A DNA stretch of 64,000 bases, from positions 121,661 to 185,660 of the forward strand of contig JAYRIM010000028.1 in assembly GCA_041906785.1 (NCBI GenBank), read 5' to 3'. The translations under genes were made by a program, and so were the position numbers. A model generated the notes under the pieces. It saw only the letters and a program-made list of their open reading frames with translations. It searched no databases and was not told the origin of the DNA. This DNA comes from Candidatus Levyibacteriota bacterium (GTDB lineage: Bacteria; Patescibacteriota; Microgenomatia; Levybacterales; UBA12049). Below, piece by piece: positions 10,938 through 21,048 of this stretch. Each line of letters begins with the position of its first letter. Position 1 is the stretch's first letter.

Positions 10938-11997
10938 GAAATTCGGTTTTTCAAAAAAAGAACTTCAAAAACATTCTTCACTTCAAAAAAAAACTTTTTT
11001 CTTAAAAACAGAATCGTGTTTTACTCCCAAAATATTTCTAGCAAACAAAAAAAAAGTTATTAAAAACAGAACAGTTAAATCAATAATTGATTTATATTTT
11101 GGCAAACAACAAGCTTCTGTTTTCGCTATTAAGAATGGTACACTTCACGTTCTTTATAGAATTGTTATTAATGATAAAGCATATATACTACGAATTAACA
11201 AGTTTTCAAAAAACTATAAAGAATTCTCGTTCTTTACTGAACAATGGATTTACGAAGTTTTACATGCTAATAAACTTTCTTCTTTAAATGTTATAGCAGT
11301 TGATATCTCTCGCAAAATTTTTCCTTTTGACTTTCAAATTATTGAAGAGGTTCCTGGAGTATCATTATTCGAATTAGGTAGAGAGCGAAAGATTGCATAT
11401 AAACAACACTATAATTTAGGTATTTATATAGCTAGTGTTCATAAAAATAAAACTTCCGGTTTTGGTCCTTTTTCAATAGATGATATTTTTCTAGAAAAAG
11501 GAATAGGTATCCATAACAGCTGGAAAGACTTCGTTTTTTTAAATCTTGAAGCGCACATTGGATACTGTATTAAACATAAGTTATTAGATAATACTAGCGC
11601 TCAAAAAATTGAGACATATTTTTCACATTTAGATAAAAGACTTTTTTACGTTGATCCTGTTCTACTTCATGGTGATATTGCAAATCATAATGTATTTGTC
11701 AAAGGAAATAAAATTTCTGGTGTAATAGATTGGGAAGATAGCATTTCTGGAGACCCAGTATATGATATAGCTTATTTTGGTACTGGTTGTTATAGAAATG
11801 AACAGTGGCTTTCGGCATTTTTAGACGGTTATAAAATAGTAAAATCTTTACCAAAAGACTTTGAAAAAAAATACTGGTTCTATTATCTACGAATTGCGAT
11901 TGCAAAATCTATTATTAGACATGCGACTAATAAAAAAAATAGAAACTTTGGAAAGAGAATAGAATATGGTTTAGAGAAACTCGAATCTCTTGTGTAA
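10924..11997 (+). CDS. APH/choline-kinase-like phosphotransferase (putative sugar or small-molecule kinase)
   Basis: Brenner and activation motifs LLHGDIANHNVFV ... VIDWEDSISGDPVYD, typical of the aminoglycoside phosphotransferase/CotS family. Confidence 0.7.
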   Translation: MTDYKKFGFSKKELQKHSSLQKKTFFLKTESCFTPKIFLANKKKVIKNRTVKSIIDLYFGKQQASVFAIKNGTLHVLYRIVINDKAYILRINKFSKNYKEFSFFTEQWIYEVLHANKLSSLNVIAVDISRKIFPFDFQIIEEVPGVSLFELGRERKIAYKQHYNLGIYIASVHKNKTSGFGPFSIDDIFLEKGIGIHNSWKDFVFLNLEAHIGYCIKHKLLDNTSAQKIETYFSHLDKRLFYVDPVLLHGDIANHNVFVKGNKISGVIDWEDSISGDPVYDIAYFGTGCYRNEQWLSAFLDGYKIVKSLPKDFEKKYWFYYLRIAIAKSIIRHATNKKNRNFGKRIEYGLEKLESLV

Positions 11998-12025
11998 TAA
12001 AAATATTGAAATTATAATACCTTAT

Positions 12026-12997
12026 ATGAAAAAGACAGTTTTAATTACTGGTGGATTAGGATTTATAGGAACAAATTTAATTCATGCACTTCTTAGAGAG
12101 ACAAATTATTCATTTATTATTCTTGATAAAGTAACATATGCAGGAAGGATTGATAATTTACCACAAAAAGTAAAAGATAGAAAAAGGATACAATTCGTTG
12201 AAGGTGACATCATAAATAAAAATATAGTTTTATCAGTTCTCAAAAATACTTCAATGGTAATCCATCTAGCAGCTAATACGCATACTGCACGTTCGTTAAA
12301 AGATCCTCTTTCATTTGTTAAAACAAATGTTTTAGGTACAACGCAACTGCTTGATGTTGCTAGTAAATATCCTATTCAGAAATTTATTTATATATCTAGC
12401 TCAGAAGTATATGGTGATAGAAAAGAAAAAACACCAATGGATGAGAATCATCCGTTAAATCCTGTTACACCTTATGCAGTCACAAAGCTTGCTGCAGATA
12501 GAATGGCTTATTCATATTATTTAACAAAAAAACTACCAATTGTTATACTTCGGCCTTTCAATACATACGGGTCTTATCAACACACCGAAAAAATGATTCC
12601 TCTTTTTATAACTCGACTTCTTAAAAATGAACCAATTACATTACATCATGGTGGACTTCAAAAAAGAGATTGGGTATTTGTCGAAGATCATGTGCGCGCA
12701 ATATTCTTAGCACTTATTACTCCTATAGAAAAGATTAATGGGGAAATTTTTAATATAGGAACAGGGAAAGCTACATCAACGAAAACTGTAGCAGAGTTAA
12801 TAGCAAAAGCATTAAATAAAAATAAGAACCTTGTTCAAGTAGAAAAAACGTCTTTACCTGGAACTATGAGTAATGTAGGGGTTTCTAAAAAAGCTGAAAA
12901 AATATTGGGATGGAAGAATGAAGTTTCGCTAGAAGAAGGTATTGCAAAGACTGCATTATGGTATAAAAAAAATCCTGATTGGTGGAGAAATATATGA
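12026..12997 (+). CDS. NAD-dependent nucleotide-sugar 4,6-dehydratase/epimerase (RfbB-like SDR)
   Basis: MKKTVLITGGLGFIGTN start (internal ATG of ORF 11990..12997); YISSSEVYGD catalytic region. Confidence 0.75.
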   Translation: MKKTVLITGGLGFIGTNLIHALLRETNYSFIILDKVTYAGRIDNLPQKVKDRKRIQFVEGDIINKNIVLSVLKNTSMVIHLAANTHTARSLKDPLSFVKTNVLGTTQLLDVASKYPIQKFIYISSSEVYGDRKEKTPMDENHPLNPVTPYAVTKLAADRMAYSYYLTKKLPIVILRPFNTYGSYQHTEKMIPLFITRLLKNEPITLHHGGLQKRDWVFVEDHVRAIFLALITPIEKINGEIFNIGTGKATSTKTVAELIAKALNKNKNLVQVEKTSLPGTMSNVGVSKKAEKILGWKNEVSLEEGIAKTALWYKKNPDWWRNI

Positions 12998-13917
12998 AAA
13001 AAAATATTGTTTTAACAGGTGGAGGAGGATTTATCGGTGCGACCTTAATTCGGAAAAGTATCAAGAAATATAATGTGCATGTCATAGCAAGGGAAGGCGG
13101 TTCATTATGGAGGTTAGACGATCTACAGAAAGATCTAACTATCCATACAGGATTACTTGAAGATTTACCAAAATTGACAAGGTTAATGCAAGAAATTCAG
13201 CCGAAAGCGATATTTCACCTTGCTACATATGGAGCTTATCCCTCACAAAATATTCCATTAAAAATGATCGATGTAAACGTGAAGGGAACAATGAATCTAT
13301 TAGAGAGCATTAAAAATGTTGAATATGACCAATGTATTGTAACAGGAAGTTCGTCAGAATATGGAAAAAAAGATAAAGAGATGCGGGAAAATGATTTTAT
13401 TGAACCAAATAATTATTATGCTGCTACAAAAGCAGCACAAACGCATTTATGCCAAGTTTTTTCAAAAACTAACAAAAAACCTTTACTCATTTTTCGTCTT
13501 TTTAATGTATATGGACCATTTGAAGAGAAAGGGAGATTGGTGCGAACAGTTATTGAATCTGTACTAAACAAAAAACCTATACCACTAGCTACTGGAAAAG
13601 AAGCAAGAGATTTTATTCATGTAGAAGACGTGGCAGATGCATTTTTACGAGGTATACATAAACGGACATTATATGGTGAAGTATTCAACATAGGTACTGG
13701 CAAGCAAACAACGATAAAGCAACTTGCTGAACATATAATCGACATTACAGGAATCAAGGTGCCTATCCAACTGAATGTTTATCCGGGACGAGAATGGGAT
13801 GCATTTCACTGGAAAGCAGATACAAAGAAAACAGAAAATGTGCTTGGTTGGAAAGCAAAATACTCTCTAGATGAAGGATTAAAGAAGACCATTGCATGGT
13901 ATAGGTTACAAAAATAG
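12994..13917 (+). CDS. NAD-dependent epimerase/dehydratase (SDR)
   Basis: MKKNIVLTGGGGFIGATL Rossmann motif; start overlaps the upstream gene (ATGA). Confidence 0.75.
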   Translation: MKKNIVLTGGGGFIGATLIRKSIKKYNVHVIAREGGSLWRLDDLQKDLTIHTGLLEDLPKLTRLMQEIQPKAIFHLATYGAYPSQNIPLKMIDVNVKGTMNLLESIKNVEYDQCIVTGSSSEYGKKDKEMRENDFIEPNNYYAATKAAQTHLCQVFSKTNKKPLLIFRLFNVYGPFEEKGRLVRTVIESVLNKKPIPLATGKEARDFIHVEDVADAFLRGIHKRTLYGEVFNIGTGKQTTIKQLAEHIIDITGIKVPIQLNVYPGREWDAFHWKADTKKTENVLGWKAKYSLDEGLKKTIAWYRLQK

Positions 13918-13918
13918 T

Positions 13919-14731
13919 ATGTCTAATTCAGAATTACATAAAGTTTCTAAAGAGATCGCATTATTAACACTTGAAATTTCTTATTTAGCAAAAACCGGAC
14001 ATGTTGGCTCTGCATTATCAATAGTAGATATTTTAACAGTGTTGTATTTCACGCAGTTAAACGTTACGCTTGAAAATTTATCCTCGGAAAAAAGAGATCG
14101 ATTTATTCTCAGTAAGGGCCACGCCGCTGCTGCGCTGTATGCGACTTTATATAAAAAAGGGATTTTATCAAAAAAGAAATTGTATAGCTTCGGTTCTGAT
14201 GAAGGAGGGTTATGTGAACATACAGAGATTGAAGATACAGGCATAGAGATGACAAGTGGTTCTTTAGGGCATGGGTTAGGTTTTGGTGTGGGCATTGCAT
14301 TAGGAATGAAGCTTGCAACTGTAAAAAGCCAGGTATATGTATTGATTAGTGACGGAGAGTGTGGAGAAGGCTCTGTATGGGAGTCGGCATATTTAGCCAG
14401 TAAATTAAGATTAGATAATTTGACAGTTATTATTGATAATAATAAATGGCAATGTTTTGGAAAGGTTTCAGACATTACAAATATTACTCCTTTTAGGCCT
14501 AAATGGGAATCATTCGGATGGCATGTAGAAGAGATAGAGGGGCACGATACGTCAGCAATTCGCAATTCATTTCAAAGAATCAAATTAGTAAAAGAAAAAC
14601 CTCATGTCATTATTGCTAATACTGTAAGTGGTAAGGGAATATCTATGATCGAAGACAAACTGATCGGTCATTATAAAGTCTTTACAGATGAGGAATATGT
14701 ATTAGCCAGAAAGGAAATTGAACAGCTATGA
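13919..14731 (+). CDS. transketolase, N-terminal (TPP-binding) subunit of a split transketolase
   Basis: GHVGSALSIVDILTVLYF ... SKGHAAAALYATL ... ISDGECGEGSVWE are hallmark transketolase N-domain motifs; ~270 aa. Confidence 0.85.
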   Translation: MSNSELHKVSKEIALLTLEISYLAKTGHVGSALSIVDILTVLYFTQLNVTLENLSSEKRDRFILSKGHAAAALYATLYKKGILSKKKLYSFGSDEGGLCEHTEIEDTGIEMTSGSLGHGLGFGVGIALGMKLATVKSQVYVLISDGECGEGSVWESAYLASKLRLDNLTVIIDNNKWQCFGKVSDITNITPFRPKWESFGWHVEEIEGHDTSAIRNSFQRIKLVKEKPHVIIANTVSGKGISMIEDKLIGHYKVFTDEEYVLARKEIEQL

Positions 14732-15681
14732 GGAAAGCCTTTATAAAAGCTTTATGCGAAATAGCAAAAAAAGACGAAAGAGTTGTACTCCTTACTGGTG
14801 ATTTAGGGTTTAACGTTTTAGAACCTTTTAAAGAACATTTCCCAGATAGATTTTTTAATATAGGTGTAGCCGAAGCAAATCTCGTAACTGTAGCCGCAGG
14901 TTTAGCTACTGCCGGTTATATTCCCTTAACGTACTCTATAGCTACATTTATGAGTATGAGACCTTTCGAACAGATACGAAACATGGTAAGTCTGCAGAAT
15001 CTAAACGTAAAAATAATAGCTGTTGGGGCAGGAATTTCCTACACAAAAGCTGGACCTACACATCATGCAATTGAAGATATTTCGCTTATGCGTTCTTTAC
15101 CGAACATGACTATTATCGCTCCTTCAGACCAAAAAGAAACATATCAAGCAACAAAAGCGATGCTAGCGTATTCAGGCCCTGTGTATTTCAGAATAGGAAG
15201 AAATCCTGCCGATAGTATTGTTATCCCAGAATCAACATTTATCATAGGTAGAGCGAGATTATTACAAAAAGGTGAGAAAATCGCATTATTGGCTACTGGT
15301 AATCAAGTAGAGATTGCATTTCAAGTTGCAAAAATACTAAAGCAATTAAATATTCAAGCGTCTATATATAGTTTTCCCACAGTTAAACCACTAGATAAAC
15401 AAACACTCAGCGAAATTTATTCTAGCCATGTAGTAATTGCTACTCTTGAGGATCATAGTATTACTGGGGGATTTGGTTCAGCGATTTGTGAAGATGTTTA
15501 TGAAGAACCGCTTGCTGTGTATCCTTCAATTGTACGCTTCGGATTTAAGCCTGGATATAGCAAATTGTCAGCATCATATAGCAAAATGATCGAAGAATAC
15601 AGTTTTTCTCCTTATCAAATTGCTGAGAGAATTCTACAAATTATGATGAAACAATTTTCTCTGCAGAACAATTCTCTTTAA
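14728..15681 (+). CDS. transketolase, C-terminal (pyrimidine-binding) subunit of a split transketolase
   Basis: FNIGVAEANLVTVAAGLA ... and C-terminal domain features; ATGA overlap with the N-subunit gene. Confidence 0.85.
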   Translation: MRKAFIKALCEIAKKDERVVLLTGDLGFNVLEPFKEHFPDRFFNIGVAEANLVTVAAGLATAGYIPLTYSIATFMSMRPFEQIRNMVSLQNLNVKIIAVGAGISYTKAGPTHHAIEDISLMRSLPNMTIIAPSDQKETYQATKAMLAYSGPVYFRIGRNPADSIVIPESTFIIGRARLLQKGEKIALLATGNQVEIAFQVAKILKQLNIQASIYSFPTVKPLDKQTLSEIYSSHVVIATLEDHSITGGFGSAICEDVYEEPLAVYPSIVRFGFKPGYSKLSASYSKMIEEYSFSPYQIAERILQIMMKQFSLQNNSL

Positions 15682-15691
15682 TTAAAATCAT

Positions 15692-16630
15692 ATGATGCCT
15701 TTCATTAGTATTGTTATACCAACATACAATGCCCAAAAATATTTAAAACAGTGTTTGAAAAGTATTTTTAAGCAGTCATATCCTCGATCATCATATGAAG
15801 TATTAATAGTTGATGGGGGTAGCAGTGATCGGACTCTCAATATTGCAAAACAATTTAAAACACGAATACTTAAAAATAAATATAAAGATGCAGAAAGTGG
15901 TAAAGCGATCGGAATTTCTAAAGCAAAAGGTCAGATAATCGCACTGATAGATGCAGATAATGAGTTAGTAAATGATAATTGGTTAGAGGAAATGGTGTAT
16001 CCATTTGTAAAACATAAACAAATTTTTGGTGTTGAATCACGTTGGTTAGTAAATAAAAAACATTCTTTGTTAAACCAGTATTTTGCTATGTTAGAGATCG
16101 CCGATCCTCTTGCAAGACGTTTTCATCCTAAAGTTCAGGTTACAGAATATAAACGATATTTTCTGCATAAAGTTAAAGTCGGTGAAACCCCCATAATAGG
16201 TGCCAATGGTTTCCTCTATAGAAAAAAATTTATAGATATCATTGGATATGGATCGAAATTTGAAGAGGTAAATTTTGTGGCCAAATTAGTTAATAAAGGA
16301 TATGTGTATTATGCAGTTCCGAAAAGTGTAGGAATTTACCATCATTATGTATCTTCACTTTCAGGCTATATTAAAAAAAGAATAAAAATCGGTAATAAAT
16401 TTATGAATAGAAAAATGCAAGGACAAGCAACATGGGTTGATCAATCAAACAATAAACACTTCTTTTCAGCTGTTTTTTATAATATAACTCTCATTGGACC
16501 GGTTATTGAGTCTATATCACAAATGAAAAAAACAAAAAATATTGCATGGTTATGGCATCCAATTATTTCTTTTGTAACTGTAGTAGTTTATGGAATAATC
16601 TTTTTAAAATATAAATTAAAGAAATTATGA
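15692..16630 (+). CDS. GT2 family glycosyltransferase with C-terminal TM helix
   Basis: ISIVIPTYNAQKYL ... LIVDGGSSDRT ... IALIDADNE motifs. Confidence 0.75.
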   Translation: MMPFISIVIPTYNAQKYLKQCLKSIFKQSYPRSSYEVLIVDGGSSDRTLNIAKQFKTRILKNKYKDAESGKAIGISKAKGQIIALIDADNELVNDNWLEEMVYPFVKHKQIFGVESRWLVNKKHSLLNQYFAMLEIADPLARRFHPKVQVTEYKRYFLHKVKVGETPIIGANGFLYRKKFIDIIGYGSKFEEVNFVAKLVNKGYVYYAVPKSVGIYHHYVSSLSGYIKKRIKIGNKFMNRKMQGQATWVDQSNNKHFFSAVFYNITLIGPVIESISQMKKTKNIAWLWHPIISFVTVVVYGIIFLKYKLKKL

Positions 16631-17391
16631 ATATTGATCATTATTACGAGAAACTAAGATACACAAATAAATCTAAAGAAGAACGTTTAGATATTTATAA
16701 AAAAAGAGTAAATGTTTACCTTGAGATTTTGAAAAAAAACTCTCTTTTTAATAAAAGAAATAAAATGAAAATATTGGATATTGGGTGTGGGGATGGTGGA
16801 TTGGGATTTGAATTGAAAAAGCATATTGCATCTGAAGTATATGGTGTGGATATTTCTAAGGCTGGTGTATCGTTGGCAAATAAATTAGGAATTAAAAGTA
16901 AAGTTGCAGACGTGCAAAAAAAGATCCCTTTTAAATCTTCATCCTTTGATGCTCTAATTGCAAACGAAATAATAGAACATTTATACGATACTGATACCTT
17001 TATTAATGAATCTAAAAGGATATTGAAAAAAAAAGGTTTATTTATTATTGGAACACCAAACCTTTCTTTTTGGTTTAATAGAGTTATTTTTTTGTTAGGA
17101 ATATATCCAATGTATCAGGAAGTGAGTATACGTCATAGAAATTTTGGGATGGGGTTTCTTCGTCGATTCGTAGATACGCAACCCGTGGGGCATGTTCGCG
17201 TTTACAATACACAAGCACTAAAAGATATGCTTTCTTTTTATGGATTTGAAATTATTTCATTACATGGAGGAAGTGTTAATTTCGAATCACAAAACTCTTT
17301 TTTAACTTCTATTTATAGACTTTTTGATACATTTTTCAGTCATTTTTCCTCTTTGTCGTCAGATATTATTATCATTGCAAGAAAAAAATAA
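16627..17391 (+). CDS. class I SAM-dependent methyltransferase
   Basis: ILDIGCGDGGLGFEL (motif I) ... FDALIANEIIEHL. Confidence 0.75.
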   Translation: MNIDHYYEKLRYTNKSKEERLDIYKKRVNVYLEILKKNSLFNKRNKMKILDIGCGDGGLGFELKKHIASEVYGVDISKAGVSLANKLGIKSKVADVQKKIPFKSSSFDALIANEIIEHLYDTDTFINESKRILKKKGLFIIGTPNLSFWFNRVIFLLGIYPMYQEVSIRHRNFGMGFLRRFVDTQPVGHVRVYNTQALKDMLSFYGFEIISLHGGSVNFESQNSFLTSIYRLFDTFFSHFSSLSSDIIIIARKK

Positions 17392-17439
17392 ACTACTGCT
17401 TTCATAATAGATTTAAATTTTTTACAATATAGATGGGTT

Positions 17440-19131
17440 ATGAAGTTTCCAGGAAAAATATTTAAACATGATAGTAAATATTTCTTTTTTCTTCTCTTAG
17501 TGTGTCTAGTAGTTTTCTATAAATTATTTTTTACCTTTTATCAGCAAGATGAATGGCATGCTTTAGGCTTTATCATATCAAAGGGTTTCAGCTATATTTT
17601 TTCTCAAGCATCTTTGCTAGATATTCTTTTTCTTGAAAATAGACCTCTTGCTCGATTCTTAAATATTTTGTTTTTTGGTTTCCTTCCGTTTAATATAATA
17701 CCTTTATCATTATTTGCTATTACTGTTCACTCAATAAATGCATTCTTGATATTTAAAATTGCAAAGAAGTTAACAAATACGATATATTTCTCGCTATTAG
17801 GCTCGTTAATTTTCCTCATAAATGATACAAGTAAACAGGCTATTATTTGGTTCGGAGCTGTTACAGGGACGTTACTTTCTACGACAGGAATATTGTTGTC
17901 TGTTTATTTCTTTCTTTTATATCTTATAGAACATAAAAAAACAAAGGCATATGCAGCAGTTATTTTTATGATTTTATCATTAGGTTTTAAAGAAAGTGGG
18001 CTTTTTCTCGTTCTTTTTCTTCCTTGTATTGAACTTTTATACCGAATATATAAAGAACACTCGTGGAGGTTAAGTAAGATATCCATCGGTATTTTTTTAA
18101 TTGGATTGTTTTTTTTAGGAGTAAAATTTTTAAAATTATTCTTTCTGACACAGAACTATTCTGGATATGTAAGCAGTAATTCAGGGGGAGGGTTATATAA
18201 AATTGTTTGGGGATTTATTACATATCCGCTAGAAACTTTTTCTCAATTACTTATCCCCGATGAATATTTTTATCCTTATTCGCATAAACTAACAAATATT
18301 ATTTTTCCCTATTTTGATACAGTTGGTTATTCCGTACAAGTATCTGAAAAAGTAATGCTTGAATTACTATCGCTTTTACTGGCATTTTTAATACTTTTTC
18401 CTATGTTTCTTTTCTTATTAAGACAAAGAAATAAATTTCCTATACTGTTCAGCACAGTACTTTATATGTTATGTTTTATACCTTTTATAGTTATAAACAA
18501 AAGCTCTGCGTATTTTGAATCAAGATATTATTACACTTTTTTGATTGCCTTCTCATTAATAATTGCTTTATTTTTTTATCAGCTATCAATTGTTTTTCAT
18601 AAAACAGTAAAATCGAAAAGAAAGTTTAATGTTCTTAAAAGACTTGGTTTTATTATGTTTGTAACTTACTTTCTAATCCAAATTTCTTCAATATCCACTA
18701 AGCTCGATTATCAAGTAGAAAGAGCATCTACTCAAAGACCTATTCTTGAACAAATGATCTCGTCAGTTCCAAAATTATCTCTAAAACATATTTTCTACAT
18801 AACGAGTGATAGAGATTTTATAACTGAAAATAATCCATTACCATTCCAAAACGGGATAGGATATACCATTTTGACTTATTATGTCGCACGTACAAATGAT
18901 TTTGGGCATAAAAAATTGCTTAATAATAATTTTTTTTGGGAATTAGGTAATCAAGGGTATAGGGAATTGTATAATGGTTATGGGTTTGGTTTCTACACCG
19001 AATTACAAAAACTTTTATTAGATAAAAAAAAATATAATTTTCAAGAAAACGACATTACTTCTTTTTACTATGATTCTAAGAAAAATTCTCTTATAAACAA
19101 TACTAATACTATAAGAAAAAAATTGCATTAA
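17440..19131 (+). CDS. polytopic GT-C-type membrane glycosyltransferase (hypothetical)
   Basis: ~12 TM helices plus a C-terminal soluble domain; context. Confidence 0.4.
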   Translation: MKFPGKIFKHDSKYFFFLLLVCLVVFYKLFFTFYQQDEWHALGFIISKGFSYIFSQASLLDILFLENRPLARFLNILFFGFLPFNIIPLSLFAITVHSINAFLIFKIAKKLTNTIYFSLLGSLIFLINDTSKQAIIWFGAVTGTLLSTTGILLSVYFFLLYLIEHKKTKAYAAVIFMILSLGFKESGLFLVLFLPCIELLYRIYKEHSWRLSKISIGIFLIGLFFLGVKFLKLFFLTQNYSGYVSSNSGGGLYKIVWGFITYPLETFSQLLIPDEYFYPYSHKLTNIIFPYFDTVGYSVQVSEKVMLELLSLLLAFLILFPMFLFLLRQRNKFPILFSTVLYMLCFIPFIVINKSSAYFESRYYYTFLIAFSLIIALFFYQLSIVFHKTVKSKRKFNVLKRLGFIMFVTYFLIQISSISTKLDYQVERASTQRPILEQMISSVPKLSLKHIFYITSDRDFITENNPLPFQNGIGYTILTYYVARTNDFGHKKLLNNNFFWELGNQGYRELYNGYGFGFYTELQKLLLDKKKYNFQENDITSFYYDSKKNSLINNTNTIRKKLH

Positions 19132-19134
19132 TAT

Positions 19135-21048
19135 ATGTTTACTTTTAGCGCAAAAGACTTACCATTTTTCTTCACAGAACAACTAGATAAATTTTCAATT
19201 ATACCTTTCGTTTGGGATTCTACCAGAGCAAATGGTTTTGGTGAAAATATTTCTTCTCTTTTATGGTTAAGAAGCTTTATATATATACCTTCTAGTTTTC
19301 TGCATAATCTTTTCAACTTTGATTGGTTCCAGATAACAATATTTTATTATTTTCTTTTTATTTTTTTTGCTCTGATTTCAATACGGACTTTTACATCTTT
19401 TTTTGAAATAAAAAATATCTTTATAAAGATATTTTTTGGAATAATTTTTATCACCAATACATATACTGCTATGCTTTTAGATGGTGGCCAATTGGGAGTT
19501 TTGTTGGCATACAGTTTAGTACCTCTCGTTTTTACACTTTTTTCAAATGTAGTTACGAAGAAAACACATAGATTTATTGATGTGATTGATGCCGGGATAA
19601 TACTAGCATTACAACTGCTTATAGATATCCGAATTGCATTACTTACAGTTTTCTGCATTTTTCTTTACTGGATTATCCATATTTTTCTATTTCCCGATAA
19701 AATAAATTTTTTAAAATTAATACTTAAATATAGAACTTCATCATTTATTATTGTATTTCTACTTCATCTGTTTTGGATAATTCCTTCATTAATAAGCTTT
19801 ATGACTTCTAGCCAATTCAATGTCCCATCGGATAGTAGACAAACCGGTCAATATTTTAGTTTTGCCAAATTTGAAAATGCTATCGCATTATTACATCCAA
19901 ATTGGCCAGAAAATATTTTTGGAAAAGTATATTTTATGAAACCTGAATTTCTCATTATTCCCCTTGCTGTTTTTTCAGTACTATTATTGATTGACTTAAG
20001 AAATAAGGAGAAAACTAAGAACATATTATTTTTTTGTCTTCTTAGTATCATTGGAATCTTTTTAGCGAAAGGGACAAATGAACCTTTTGGGTTTATATAC
20101 ACCTATATGCTTCACTATATTCCTGGATTTGTGTTCTTTCGAGATCCTACAAAATGGTATATATTGATCGCATTTTCATACTCTTTTTTATTATCGTTCG
20201 TAGTATCTACATTTGTTGGTTATATAAAAAGTAAACTGATTAAACAATGTATACTTCTGATAATCTTTTTAGTTTTTTTAAGTCCTTCGATTTCTGTAAT
20301 ACCGCCGGACAGAAATAGCGCACTTCGCATAAAAGAAGTTCCCTCGTCATATGTACAACTTAAAGATTTTTTAATTAATAAAGATTTTTCTCGAACATTC
20401 TGGATACCTGAACGCCAGACATTTGGTTATTATGATGCTATGCATCCAGCAATAAATGGCAATGAATACATGAAAGAATTTGTACCTGAGACTATCGCAA
20501 AGAAATTAATAAGTAAGAAATATGAATATATGTTTAAGGAACAATCTATTCGGTATGTTATTGTTCCTGAAGATACAAACGGTGAATTATTTCTTTCAGA
20601 TCGAAAGTTTGATCAAAGAAAATATAGAAAGGTAATTACGGCTCTGGATTCTATAGACTGGCTTAAGAAAATTGAAACATTTGGTTCAATACAAGTATAT
20701 GAGATTTATGAACCAATGACTCTTTTTTGGGATGCAAATACAAAAATGAATTTTCCGGGAAGCATGGTTAATCAGACTACTTACACAGTAAATGTAGCTA
20801 AACAAAACCGAACGAAACTTATCTTTTCAACTGGTTTTGATCCTCATTGGGAAGCAAGAATGAATGATAAAATAATCCATCCAAAATCTTATAAAACTTT
20901 AACAGCATTTAATCTGCCAACTGAAGCTAACGAGGTTTTTATCACTTATAATATTCAGCCTATAGTTAGATTTTGGTTTTTTAGTTCCTGTATGCTTTTC
21001 TTGCTGATCATTGTTGCAAGATATATAATGTGGAGGAGAAATATATGA
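19135..21048 (+). CDS. YfhO-like GT-C membrane glycosyltransferase
   Basis: N-terminal polytopic domain; C-terminal DPHWEARMNDK ... final TM resembles the YfhO C-terminus (DPGWKAxVDGK). Immediately followed by a GtrB/CsbB-like gene. Confidence 0.55.
   Translation: MFTFSAKDLPFFFTEQLDKFSIIPFVWDSTRANGFGENISSLLWLRSFIYIPSSFLHNLFNFDWFQITIFYYFLFIFFALISIRTFTSFFEIKNIFIKIFFGIIFITNTYTAMLLDGGQLGVLLAYSLVPLVFTLFSNVVTKKTHRFIDVIDAGIILALQLLIDIRIALLTVFCIFLYWIIHIFLFPDKINFLKLILKYRTSSFIIVFLLHLFWIIPSLISFMTSSQFNVPSDSRQTGQYFSFAKFENAIALLHPNWPENIFGKVYFMKPEFLIIPLAVFSVLLLIDLRNKEKTKNILFFCLLSIIGIFLAKGTNEPFGFIYTYMLHYIPGFVFFRDPTKWYILIAFSYSFLLSFVVSTFVGYIKSKLIKQCILLIIFLVFLSPSISVIPPDRNSALRIKEVPSSYVQLKDFLINKDFSRTFWIPERQTFGYYDAMHPAINGNEYMKEFVPETIAKKLISKKYEYMFKEQSIRYVIVPEDTNGELFLSDRKFDQRKYRKVITALDSIDWLKKIETFGSIQVYEIYEPMTLFWDANTKMNFPGSMVNQTTYTVNVAKQNRTKLIFSTGFDPHWEARMNDKIIHPKSYKTLTAFNLPTEANEVFITYNIQPIVRFWFFSSCMLFLLIIVARYIMWRRNI

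Noticed and set aside
13981-14565. Antisense and embedded small ORFs inside confident genes (e.g. 13981..14565 -, 14109..14318 -, 22747..23196 +, 25571..25891 -, 53521..53931 -, 59153..59437 -, 56852..57220 -)
   Set aside because: They are fully contained within genes carrying strong family motifs on the other strand or frame, and their low-complexity products are recognisable as shadows of the real frame.
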